From contig RSEE01000009.1 in NCBI GenBank assembly GCA_003971905.1, forward strand, positions 806,001-870,000: a stretch of DNA of 64,000 bases. The letters run 5' to 3'. A program made the position numbers and the translations under genes. The notes under the pieces were generated by a model. It was given only the letters and a program-made list of their open reading frames with translations, was not told the DNA's origin and searched no databases. How positions within the stretch are numbered: position 1 is the first letter of the stretch; every line of letters starts with the position of its first letter. The stretch comes from Moniliella sp. 'wahieum'. Lineage: Eukaryota. Positions 51,057-62,479 of this stretch are shown here, piece by piece.

Positions 51057-54000
51057 ATGGTCGCCGTCCGCGTCGACGCCCTGCCCGTGCAGCCCCAGCA
51101 ACCCGACCTCAACGACCCCCTTGTCGCCCCCCCGCGGGGCGACCACCCCGAGGTGACCACCTCGGCCAACCTGGATGCCAATGGCTTCCACCATGTCGTC
51201 CGCTCGCAAGCTTCCTACGGTGGCGATGCGCTCCCTGCCGCCCAAGGCCTTTACGACCCTGAGAACGAAAAGGACAGCTGCGGGGTGGGCTTTATCTGCC
51301 ACATCAAGGGCAAGCCCAGCCACAAGATTGTGTCCGACGCCAAGTTTGTCCTGTGCAACATGACCCACCGCGGCGCCACTGGTGCCGACGCGCGCGATGG
51401 TGACGGCGCTGGGTGCATGACTGGTATCCCCGACTCGTTTTTCCGCCGCGAGCTCGAGATGGACTTTGGCATCACCCTTCCCGCCGAAGGCCAATACGCG
51501 GTGGGCAACGTCTTTTTCACCCCCAAGGATGACCGCCTGCGTGCGGACCACCAAAAGATCTTTGAGTCGGTCGCTGACTCGGTAGGGCTGCGTGTCCTGT
51601 GCTGGCGGAACGTTAGTGTCGACAACTCCATCCTTGGTCCCGCCGCGCTCAGCAAGGAGCCCAAGATCCTCCAGCCCTTTGTTGTGGCCACGGAGCACTA
51701 TGGCGCCGGATCGGCGCCGGCACAGACAGAGGCTCCGTTTGACGAGAAGAACTTTAATCGCCAATTGTACGTGCTGCGCAAGTCGGCCACTCACAAGATT
51801 GGTTTGGCCAACTGGTTCTACATCTGCTCTCTCTCCCCGAGCAACATTGTCTATAAGGGTCAGCTCGCACCCCGGCAGGTGTACGACTACTATTATGATC
51901 TGCTCAACGCACGCTACGAGTCGCACTTTGCCTTAGTCCATTCCCGTTTCTCTACCAACACTTTCCCTTCTTGGGACCGTGCCCAGCCGATGCGGTGGGC
52001 GGCCCACAATGGTACGCATGCCCCTCTTCGCCTTGGTCTGCTTCCTTGTTACTGACTCCCTGATGCATAGGCGAAATCAACACGATCCGCGGTAACAAAA
52101 ACTGGATGCGTGCCCGCGAGGGCATGTTGCGTTCGGAAGTGTTTGGCAACGACCTTGACCGCCTCTACCCGATTATCGAACCTGGAGGATCCGACTCGGC
52201 TGGGTTTGACAATGTACTGGAGCTTCTGGTCGTCAATGGTGTCTTGACGCTGCCCCAAGCGATCATGCTTCTTATTCCTGAGGCTTGGCAAGGCAAACAA
52301 GACCATATGGAGCCCGAAAAGGTTGCCTTTTACCGCTGGGCGGCTTGTATGACGGAGCCTTGGGACGGGCCCGCCCTGTTTGCCTTCTCGGATGGTCGCT
52401 TCTGTGGTGCCAACTTGGACCGCAACGGCTTGCGGCCGTGCCGGTATGTCATCACTGACGACGACATTATGATTTGCGCGTCGGAGGTGGGCACCATCCA
52501 CATTGATCCGGCGACGGTGTTGGCCAAAGGCCGGCTGCAACCCGGGCGCATGCTCTTGGTGGATACCAAGGAGGGCCGCCTGGTCGACGACAAGGAGCTC
52601 AAGATGACTACTGCCCAGTCGGCCGACTTTGCTGCCTGGCTCGAAGCGCAGCTACTGCATCTCCCTGACATTTGTCGCCGCACCCGGGCCAACGCGCCGA
52701 TCACGGCCGAGCTCGACAGCACCACCCTTAGTACCGATCCGCGGATGAAGGCGTTTGGGTACACCAACGAGCAGATTAGTCTGTTAATGCTCCCCTGGGC
52801 ACGTCTGGCAAAGAGGCGCTGGGCTCGATGGGCAACGATGCGCCCCTGGCGTGCATTGCCGATGCGCCTCGGCAGGTCTACGAGTACTTCCGCCAGCTGT
52901 TTGCTCAGGTTACCAACCCGCCCATTGACCCAATCGCGAAGCGGTCGTCATGTCGCTGGAAACGTATGTCGGTCCCGAGGGCAATCTGCTGGAGATGAAC
53001 CCCAAGCAGGCTCACCGCCTCTTGCTCCCATCGCCCATGCTAAAGATTGAGCAATGAATGCCATCAAGCGCATCCACGAGGCTGTCGACGACTGGAAGAC
53101 AAAGGTGATTGACATTACGTTCCCCAAGGTCGATGGCATTGCGGGCTACGAACGCACGATCGACCGGATTGTGCAGAGGCTAGCGCGGCGATTTCGGAAG
53201 GCTACACCATTGTCGTTCTGTCTGACCGTGCGGTGAGCGAGGACCGCGTCGCCTTGAGCTCACTCGTTGCCGTCGGTGGTGTGCATCATCACCTGATCCG
53301 CAACAAGGCTCGTACCAAGGTGGCTTTGATGATTGAGACGGCCGAGGCTCGGGAGGTGCATCACTTCTGTGCCTTGACGGGCTATGGTGCCGACGCCATT
53401 TGCCCCTGGCTGGCGATTGAAGTGATGGCCAAGGTGCACCGCGAGGGCTTGATCAAAGAGGACATTACGCTCGAGACGGCTGTCGAGAACTGGCTGCACG
53501 GCGTGGATGGCGGGATTCTTAAAGTGATGTCCAAGATGGGCATTTCGACGCTTGCGTCCTACAAGGGTGCCCAAATCTTTGAGGCACTGGGCGTGGACAA
53601 CTCGGTGATCGATCGCTGCTTTGCCGGTACGGCCAGCCGCATCAAGGGTGTCACGTTTGAGCTGTTGGCCATGGATGCATTTGAATTCCACAACCGCGGT
53701 TGGCCTTCTCAGGAAACGGTCCTGCCCCCCGTTTTGGCCGAGAGTGGCGAATACCACTGGCGCGATGGTGGTGAGGCTCACGTCAACGATCCCGTGTCGA
53801 TTGCCAATCTGCAGGATGCGGCGCGGGAAAAGAATCAGTTTGCCTGGGACCAGTATAGCAAGCAGGCCACCCAGTCCGTCAAGGCCACCGCCCTGCGTGG
53901 CTTGCTCGACTTTGACTTTACCAAGGCGCGCCCCATCCCCGTGGACCAGGTCGAGCCGTGGACCGAGATTGTGCAGCGATTCTGCACTGGCGCCATGTCG

Positions 54001-57000
54001 TACGGTTCCATCTCGATGGAGGCCCACTCGGCTTTGGCGATTGCCATGAACCGTCTGGGTGGCAAGTCCAACACGGGTGAAGGGGCGAAGACGCCGAGCG
54101 TTCCATTCCGCTTCCCAATGGGGACTCGCTCCGTTCGAAGATCAAGCAGGTCGCTTCCGGCCGGTTTGGTGTCACGTCCAACTACCTTGCTGACAGCGAC
54201 GAGCTGCAGATCAAGATGGCGCAGGGGGCCAAGCCTGGTGAGGGCGGTGAGTTGCCTGGCCACAAGGTGTCGCCATCGATTGCGCGTACGCGTCACTCGA
54301 CCGCGGGTGTCGGTCTCATTTCCCCCCCTCCTCATCATGACATTTACTCGATTGAGGACTTGAAGCAGCTGATCTACGACCTCAAGTGCGCCAACCCTCG
54401 CGCGCGTGTGAGCGTCAAGCTTGTATCCGAAGTGGGTGTCGGCATTGTGGCGGCGGGTGTGGCCAAGGCCAAGGCGGACCATGTGCTGGTCTCGGGTCAC
54501 GACGGTGGTACGGGTGCGTCGCGCTGGACTGGCATCAAGTACGCCGGTCTTCCCTGGGAGTTGGGTCTGGCCGAGACGCACCAGACATTGGTGCTCAACG
54601 ACCTGCGTGGCCGCGTGACGGTGCAGACTGACGGTCAACTTCGCACTGGTCGCGACTTGGCCATCGCTACGCTCCTAGGTGCCGAAGAGTATGGCTTTGC
54701 CACCACGCCCCTCATTGTGATGGGCTGCATCATGATGCGCAAGTGCTTGGGTGTGGACACGCTGGTGCGCACGCTGGGCGGTGCGACGAAACGCATTGGC
54801 GATATTGCCCTTGGGACACCTGTTGGACGACAGCAACAACCCTGTGCTTGTCATGTCGGTGGGCGATGTGGAAACGGGGGAGATGTACCAGGTTGCATAC
54901 ACTCTTGATGGCGAGAAGCGCTTTGAGTGCACGCCGGACCACATTCTTTCTTTGGCAGCCGTGGGCGTGGAGCCCACGATGGAGAACAAGACGGTCGAGT
55001 TTTACAAGCGCTGCGTGTCGGGCAAAAAGCTGGACCAGGCGGCCGAGCACGCGCCTCGTGTATGATGCACGACCTTGTAACTCTCGGCGATGTCCAAGAC
55101 TTGGACCGCGAAGATGAGGTGGATGAGGAGATTGGGTATGTTATTGGATCTTGTCTCGTGCAGCGAAGGCGTACTGACTCGCATATACTTTAGCTCTGAG
55201 ATGGTTACCAAGGAGTTGCTCAGCGGGCACCGTCACCGTGCCCACGCGACGGGCGCGTCGCCATTCGACCCTCGCAGTTGCGTCCATGACAAGGAAACCG
55301 TCCACGTTTCCTTTGACCTTGGCGTCGCCATGCCCGAGCTTGAGAGCGACCACGGCTCGGACGCTTCGTCGACGGCCCCTGGCACCCCAGCCATCGAGCC
55401 TGCGGCCGACACGGTGGCCCTTGGCCCGGTGGATGAACTGGTGTTGAGTGAAACTGCCAAGGCACCTGCGCCCGTTCGTGCCACCGAGGAGCCCTTCCTC
55501 CGTGTTGGGGCTCAACTGCAAGGCCGCCTTGCCCTTCTCAAAGAGAAGATCCAGGAGGCAGAGTGCTCCTGCGGTGGCCTGCACAAGGTCTCGCTTGAGC
55601 TGGCGTCCGAAGAGCAGGCGCAACTGGTTAACAGCCTCCTCTTCTCTGAGCACCACCACCTTGTTGAGCCCAGCCTCGTTTTGGATGGCGATCGGTTCGA
55701 GGCGACAGCTGAGGACCTTCTCAACCACTCCCACCCCAAGCTCCGTCTTTTCCGCCCTGCCAACCAGGCCGAGTTGGGGCTGGCGCAGGACGATGCGTAC
55801 TTTGTTGGTGCCTGGTTGGGCGATGGAGATGCCCACCGGGCCACGCTGGCCGCTTCGGATGCGGAAATGCTGGTGTGGTTGCACAAGTATGTGGAACAGC
55901 TGAACGCGACGCGTCCCCAGGGCGCGACCGAACTCAAGGTAGTCAGCCGGAAGGTGACTGCGGTTGGGGACCTGGTCGGATCCAATGCGTTTGCTCGGGC
56001 CGACATGTTTAAGCACACGGTTCTTGCCCAAGACTGGAACCCGCTGGAGGCGAAGCTTACCGACCTAGGCCTTCTCGGCACCAAGGAGCGCCGCATCCCC
56101 ATTGAGGCCTTCCCTTCGGCTGAGGGCAAGCGGGCCCTGTTGGCTGGTCTGCTCGACACGGACGGATCCTACCTCCGTTCCAGTGGCCAGTACGTCTTTG
56201 CTCAGGCCGAGGCCACATGGGGCTGGTAGAGGATGTGGCGTTGCTGGCCAAGGAACTGGGCATCTGCACCAGTGGTGTGGCCATGGAGCCGGGGGCTTCT
56301 GTGGTGACGCTGAGTGGACCCGGCCTGGCGCAACTGCAGCCCTACTTGCTGTACGAGCGGAAGCGCATGCCTGCGGTGGCGAGCGACATGGAGGTCGCGC
56401 CTTTGTGCTGACCAAGTTGGCGGGCGAGCGGGAATACCGTGGGGTGGAGGTCTCGGGCGGACACTTCCAGCTGGAGGATGGCTTGGTGGCGCATAACTGC
56501 CACCTCAACACGTGCCCAGTTGGCATTGCCACTCAAGACCCCGAGTTGCGGGAGAAGTTTGCCGGCCAGCCCGAGCATGTGATCAACTTCTTCTATTACC
56601 TTGCCGAGGAGCTGCGTGGGATCATGGCCAAGCTGGGGATGCGTACCATCAACGAGATGGTCGGTCGCTCGGAGCTGCTCAAGGCTGACTATACTGGACG
56701 CAACGTCAAAGCATCCAAGCTGGATCTGAGCGCCATTCTCAAGCCTGCGCATGAACTGCGCCCCGGTGCAGCGACGTACAAGGTGCGTCAGCAGGACCAC
56801 CGTCTCTACGTTCGGATGGACAACAAGTTCATCTCGGAAGCCGAGCCGGCTCTGATGGAAGGTCTGCCCGTTCAAGTTGACTGCGAGGTGGTCAACACGG
56901 ACCGTGCGCTGGGTGCCACCTTGTCGTACCGTGTGTCTAAGTTGTACGGCGAGGAAGGTTTGGCACGAGACACGATCCACATCAATGCCAAGGGCTCGGC

Positions 57001-59338
57001 TGGCCAATCGTGTGGTGCATTCCTTGCCCCCGGTATCACGCTCGAGCTCGAGGGCGACGCGAACGACTATGTCGGAAAGGGCATGTCGGGTGGCCGTCTG
57101 ATCATCTACCCGCCCAAGAACTCGGCGTTCAAGGCAGAGGAGAACATTTTGATTGGCAACACGTGTTTGTACGGCGCGACGACAGGTAATGCCTACTTCC
57201 GTGGCATTGCGGCCGAGCGCTTTGCGGTGCGCAACTCGGGCGCGCATGCGGTGGTGGAAGGTGTGGGAGACCACGGGTGCGAGTACATGACGGGTGGCCG
57301 GGTCGTGGTGCTGGGCAGCACTGGCCGCAACTTTGCCGCCGGGATGAGTGGTGGCATTGCGTATGTGCTGGACATGAACCGCGACTTCTACTCGCGGTGC
57401 AACACGGAGATGGTGGAGCTGGGTCCGGTCAAGGAGCCTCACGAGATTGCCGAGCTGCGCAACCTGATTGAGAACCACCGTCACTACACGGGCTCGACGG
57501 TTGCCGAACATGTGATTCGCGACTTCCACCATCTTTTGCCTCGCTTTGTGCGGGTGATGCCGTACGACTATAAGCGTGTGCTCGAGGAGGAGGCAGCCAA
57601 GGCGGCGGCCGAGAAGAAGCGCTCGAGCCATGTGGACTTGCTCGGAACCCTGTCGCGGCACAGCTCCCAGGTCAGTCTGTTGGAGGAAGAGCAAGCAGCA
57701 GGAGAAGGCGGCCGCCGCCAAGGCTGAGCCGGCCGAAGTGGACATTGAAGATGCGCTGCTGGATGCCGAGAAGGCCAAGACGGCGCTGGCCAAGCTGGAC
57801 AAGTTGCGTGGATTCAAAAAGTACCGTCGTCGTGCGGAAAAGTACCGTCAGCCCAACGTGCGCGCCAAGGACTTTAAGGAACTGTCCAACCGCCTGACCG
57901 ATGCCGAGCTCAAGGTGCAGACCGCGCGCTGCATGGACTGTGGTGTGCCCTTCTGCCAGTCGGACACGGGCTGCCCGATCAGCAATGTGATCCCCAAGTG
58001 GAACGACTTGGTGTTCAACGGGCGCTGGGAAGAAGCCTACTGGAAGCTCATGTCTACCAACAACTTCCCCGAGTTTACCGGCCGCGTGTGCCCCGCGCCT
58101 TGCGAAGGCGCGTGTGTGCTGGGCATCATTGAGTCGCCGGTGGGCATCAAGACGGTGGAGCGGGCGATTATTGACAAGGCGTTTGAGCTGGGCCTGGTCA
58201 AGCCCCAGCCGCCGGTGCACCGGACGGGCAAGACTGTGGCCATTGTGGGTTCGGGTCCGGCCGGGATGGCGTGTGCGGACCAGCTGAACAAGGCGGGTCA
58301 CTCGGTCACGGTCTTTGAACGCGCTGATCGTCCGTTTGGTTTGGCCATGTACGGTATTCCCAACATGAAGCTGGACAAGGGGGTGGTCATGCGTCGTGCC
58401 GAGCTGCTGCAGGCCGAGGGTGTGGACATCCAATGTGGCGTGGAGGTGGGACGGGACGTGGATGCGGCCGAGCTCAAGGAACAGTTTGACGAGCTGGTCT
58501 TTGCCACTGGCGCCACCTGGCCGAGGGACCTGCGTGTGGACGGACGCGATGCCAACGGGGTTCTGTTTGCGATGGACTTTTTGGGCGCCAACACCAAGTC
58601 GCTGTTGGATTCGGGGCTGCAGGACGGAAACTTCTACAATGCCAAGGGCAAGAACGTGGTTGTCATTGGCGGTGGCGACACGGGCAATGACTGCATTGGT
58701 ACCTCGGTCGGCACGCGCACGGCATCGGTGGTCAACTTTGAGTTGTTGCCCCAGCCGCCCGCGTCGCGCGCCGCGACAACCCTTGGCCCCAGTGGCCCCG
58801 CATCTTCCGCACTGACTATGGTCACACTGAGGTGACGGACCACTATGGCCAAGACCCGCGTCACTACCAAATCTCGACGACCAAGTTTGAAAAGGACGAG
58901 GAGAACAATCTGGTTGCCGTGCACACGGTGGAGGTCGCCTGGGAGAAGGACGCGAGCGGCAAGTGGCAGATGAACAAGGTGCCCGGTACGGAGAAGCGGT
59001 GGCCGTGTGAGTTGTGCCTCTTGGCACTGGGTTTCCTCGGCCCAGAGAATGAGGCGATCAAGTCGTTGGAGCTCAAGCAGGATGCTCGCTCCAACATCTT
59101 GGCCGCCGACTCGAAGGGCGCCAGTCCCTTCCGTACCTCGGTGCCGGGCGTGTGGGCGTGTGGCGACGCTCGTCGCGGCCAATCGCTGGTGGTGTGGGCT
59201 ATCCACGAAGGTCGGGCATGCGCGCAGGCGATTGACGAGCAGTTGCATGGTACCAGCCGCCTGCCCTGGGCCGGCTCCATCCCCAAGCGCACTTACCCTT
59301 GGACGAGCAAGGAGGTAGAGTTGCTCCAGCAGGCATAA
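51057..59338 (+). CDS. GLT1: NADH-dependent glutamate synthase (fused alpha+beta subunits), intein-containing precursor
   Basis: Propeptide then [32 protein letters not shown] (intron 52012-52070), [36 protein letters not shown]^[52 protein letters not shown]. Confidence 0.97.
54744..56497 (+). mobile_element. Intein with a LAGLIDADG homing endonuclease in GLT1 (about 567 aa after repair)
   Basis: Interrupts the conserved [14 protein letters not shown]. Block [80 protein letters not shown] followed by Cys+1. Confidence 0.93.
55136..55193 (+). other. Putative 58-nt spliceosomal intron within the intein coding sequence
   Basis: Donor GTATGT, branch site TACTGAC (55172-55178), acceptor TAG. 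Removing it joins ...DEVDEEIG to SEMVTKELL... in frame. Confidence 0.75.
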
Positions 59339-59970
59339 GCGCCCCCCACCGCACTACAGATGAGATCCCTACTCTGTGTATTGATTGATCGATCAAAGTC
59401 GTCTCGAAGATCCAGCGAAGTGTGAATGGATTCCATGGTTTTCTCGTTCCCCTGGTGGTAGTTGTAGTGCTCCATGTACATAGGCGCATGTTTTACTCGT
59501 AGGCGGATCGTTTACTACTAGTTACTCTCGTGGGTTGGATCCTTTCCTTTTTTTGTTACCCCAACAAGGTCTACCATTCCTCGCATGGCAGCAATCAATC
59601 CAGTCATTACATAGATGCGGAAAGGACCTGGGTCGGGTCGCTTGTCCAGTCCTGACGCAGGACGCTGGACGGGGGGGGCTGAGCAGCCGAGAACATGTGA
59701 CACAACAGTCTGGGAAAGCCTTGCCTTAAGGCGTGAGGCGCCAAGCGAGACAAATTGATTCGCCTCAGAAGGCCCCAAAGATGTCATCCAGGCCTCCTCA
59801 AGGGCAAGGCGCATGAATTGGAGCAGCGCGGGGGGGTGGGTATGCAGAGAGGAAAATCGTCCGATGATGCGATGTGACAGGGGAGAGGTGGAAGCTGAAG
59901 GGAGGCAGGGGGCATCTGTGCCTAGTATGTGCAAGGGGAGAAAAAGCAGGGTTCCCCTTCACGTTCACGT

Positions 59971-61185
59971 TCACCGTTGCAGGCCGTACATATTGTCGTA
60001 CGTCGGGGTGGTGAGCGCGGGTGCTTGCCCCGCCGTGTGGGGTGCTGATGTAGCTGCCGGGTGCTCGTACGCAGGCTGCGCATAGCCAGCTTCGCTATAG
60101 CCAGCTTCGCTATAGCCGGCGTGCTGGGCTGTAGGCTCGGCGTACCCATACCCATACTCAGCAGACTCAGCCGGCGGATAGGCAGCAGCGTCAGTCGCGG
60201 GATAAGTAGATGGGTAGGCGTGCGGGTTATAAGGGTCGTTCGTGGGCGCGTAGGGGTCGGGGTAGACGCTTGTGTGGGGGCCTACTGGCCCAGTGGGGGG
60301 GTAGCCAGGCGTAGCATAGTCATCGTGGTGCTCGGCGTGATGCAGCAGCCCTGCCTCTTCGCGTGCATCCGCCTCATCCTTGACGACCATCCCTTCGTCG
60401 GAGGAGGCATCGTCGTTCTTGTGCCACAGCCCACGGGAGCGCTGGGAGCGGGAGGACTTGTAGCGGCTCAGGGGCATACCTTGACCATACGCCACCGAAT
60501 CGCCGCCCATGCCCAAATCGCTGGCGCGTTGGCGATGCCGGTCTGCGTAATGCCGGCGCGCACGGCACAAGCCAGCACCCAATCCACAGGAGCCAAGCAA
60601 AATGATGATCCAGGCAGCCAACGTGAGCCAGAGAGCACTGCCAAGAGAGGCGCGGATGCCCGATTCGGCATCCTTGAGGCGGTTCTTGAGGATGAGGAAG
60701 GTGGCCAGGTCGAAAATGAAAGCGGCACACGCCAATGTAGAGGCAATGCCAGTAAGTATGCCGCTCAAGCAGGGCGATAGGCATCCATCGCACATGGAAA
60801 AGAGGCCAAACACAGCGGCAGCGGCAGCGATGCCAGCAGTGATGGGATGGAGGACCATGGTGTAGGTGAGGCCCTTGACGAGCCCCGAGGAGAGTTTCCC
60901 GCTCAAGGCGCCGGCCTCCGATCCGGCGCCAACTTCTTGGAGGAGGTGGGAGAGGTCAAAGGTGTAGCCGAGCTTGGCAGAGGTGCAGTTGGAGGCAAGG
61001 CAGTAGCCCAGACACCCGAAAGACGCTTCGGTGCCTTTGGGGAGGGAGTGCCCCGAGATCTGAATGGAGGAGAGGTCGACGGTGAGGAAGGCGAGGGACT
61101 TGATGATGGGGGTGCTGCATGTCACCACGGCCATCAGCACGGCGCCGACCAAGACAAGGAAAGAGCCAGGAGCAGCAGGCAGCAT
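59971..61185 (-). CDS. PalI/Rim9 (SUR7/PalI family) membrane protein
   Basis: Intact 404-aa ORF with N-terminal TM ending STP, FGCLGYC..C, LTYTMVLHPI, three more TM segments and a Pro/Tyr-rich tail containing AGYSE repeats. Confidence 0.85.
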   Translation of the reverse strand: MLPAAPGSFLVLVGAVLMAVVTCSTPIIKSLAFLTVDLSSIQISGHSLPKGTEASFGCLGYCLASNCTSAKLGYTFDLSHLLQEVGAGSEAGALSGKLSSGLVKGLTYTMVLHPITAGIAAAAAVFGLFSMCDGCLSPCLSGILTGIASTLACAAFIFDLATFLILKNRLKDAESGIRASLGSALWLTLAAWIIILLGSCGLGAGLCRARRHYADRHRQRASDLGMGGDSVAYGQGMPLSRYKSSRSQRSRGLWHKNDDASSDEGMVVKDEADAREEAGLLHHAEHHDDYATPGYPPTGPVGPHTSVYPDPYAPTNDPYNPHAYPSTYPATDAAAYPPAESAEYGYGYAEPTAQHAGYSEAGYSEAGYAQPAYEHPAATSAPHTAGQAPALTTPTYDNMYGLQR

Positions 61186-62479
61186 GGCGAAGGAGGGGAG
61201 AAGGTGGTGGTGGTGGGCAGGCGGTGCGTTCGTGCCGTCGCTCCTTGGGGGTAATCAGCAACCCAGCGAAGGACAGGAGGGAGCTGCGGAGCGTGCTGAC
61301 GTCAGCGAGGCAGTGCAGGAGGGGCAGCGAGCATCCGTGCATCCGCTCCGCAGCAGCGACGCCAATACGAAATCCAGCGCCCGCACGGCGCCAGCCGGCC
61401 GCCCGGGGGCGTCTGTCGGCTCTGCGTATCCACCGGAGCTCCGCCGACGTCATAACGGCAACGCGATGATCGATGATCGGTAATCGATGATCGTCACCCG
61501 CCAACCAGCCACTGACGGCGATGGGTTGCACGACATCGGTCACACCGCACAGGATGCAACCGTGTCTAGTGACTTGCGCGTCCCACACCGCGTGTCCCAT
61601 GGACCGTCGCTCTTCAGGCTTCCCACAATCAGAGGAGAGCATCAGATCCCGAGGAGACCGAGAGCGGGGCTGCGAAAAAAAAACAAAAACAACAACGCCG
61701 CTCATGCCAGTGATGAATATTGAATTGCGATGCATGACGCATGACGGATCTGAATGTAATAATGGATGCTGCCGATCACACGTCAGAGTCCCTGTGACGC
61801 GGTGACGGCCACTAGGTCACTCGGGGCGTTGGACGTAGGACATGGGTGATCAAGCTTCAAGGCATGCTGGCATGTGGCACACTGGGCAGTAGTGGACAGC
61901 GATTTTGATGTGATGCCCCAGAGGCTTACCTAACGCCTACTGCAATGCTTGATGGCTCTATCCCGCCCCGCCTGGACGAGTGGGCTGGTGCCGGCGGAGG
62001 CACTGCTGAAGCCTGCCGGGGGAGCGCTCAGCGCTGACTGATCGGAGCAGGGCCAGGCACGTCGCGGCACAGATCGGCGCCCCGCTGGCTACAGTGCGCT
62101 GGTGGGAGGGGGTGGCACGCAGGGCGCCAGTGGAGTGTGGGCGTGGGCGGCGGCGGCTGCGTGGCACACGCCGTGCCGGCGCGCGGCATGCAGCTCCCGT
62201 GGGACCAGTACCTGACATGCGCTGGGCGAGCGTTTGGCTGGGCAGCACCGCGCCACGGGGGCAGTGTGGAGCGGCAGCGGGACGCAAAGCTTCTGGTGCC
62301 CAGAGGCTGCAGCCGCTGGCCACCGCCTCTGCAGTCTGCAGTGCGCCGCCGGCGCGCACCACCCGACGGGCAGCGGTACTCAGTACTCCGTCCTCTCTCG
62401 ACTTGACTCAGTCCAGCTCCTCCACGCGCCCCCCGCCCCCACCCGCCGCTGCCCCCACACGCCCTTGCGCCCCCCCGCC

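Noticed and set aside
54810..56405. Four frame breaks in the intein as evidence of endonuclease decay
   Set aside because: Real frameshifts would also kill the downstream GLT1 extein, which is well conserved. Restoring 5 nt and removing the intron gives 1701 nt, or 567 codons.
47652..59027. Long antisense ORFs (476, 397, 491, 451 aa) opposite ADE12 and GLT1
   Set aside because: These are mirror ORFs expected from GC-rich codon bias and show no recognisable motifs.
1312..59338. Frameshifts in NDE, PMT4, GH30, bleomycin hydrolase, TSA1 and GLT1 suggesting a pseudogene cluster or programmed frameshifting
   Set aside because: They are mostly 1-2 nt losses at homopolymers, spread across housekeeping genes whose motifs are intact. 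This is typical of long-read consensus error.
46071..59338. SDH4-ADE12-GLT1 as a metabolic gene cluster
   Set aside because: These are unrelated housekeeping pathways and adjacency alone is not evidence.
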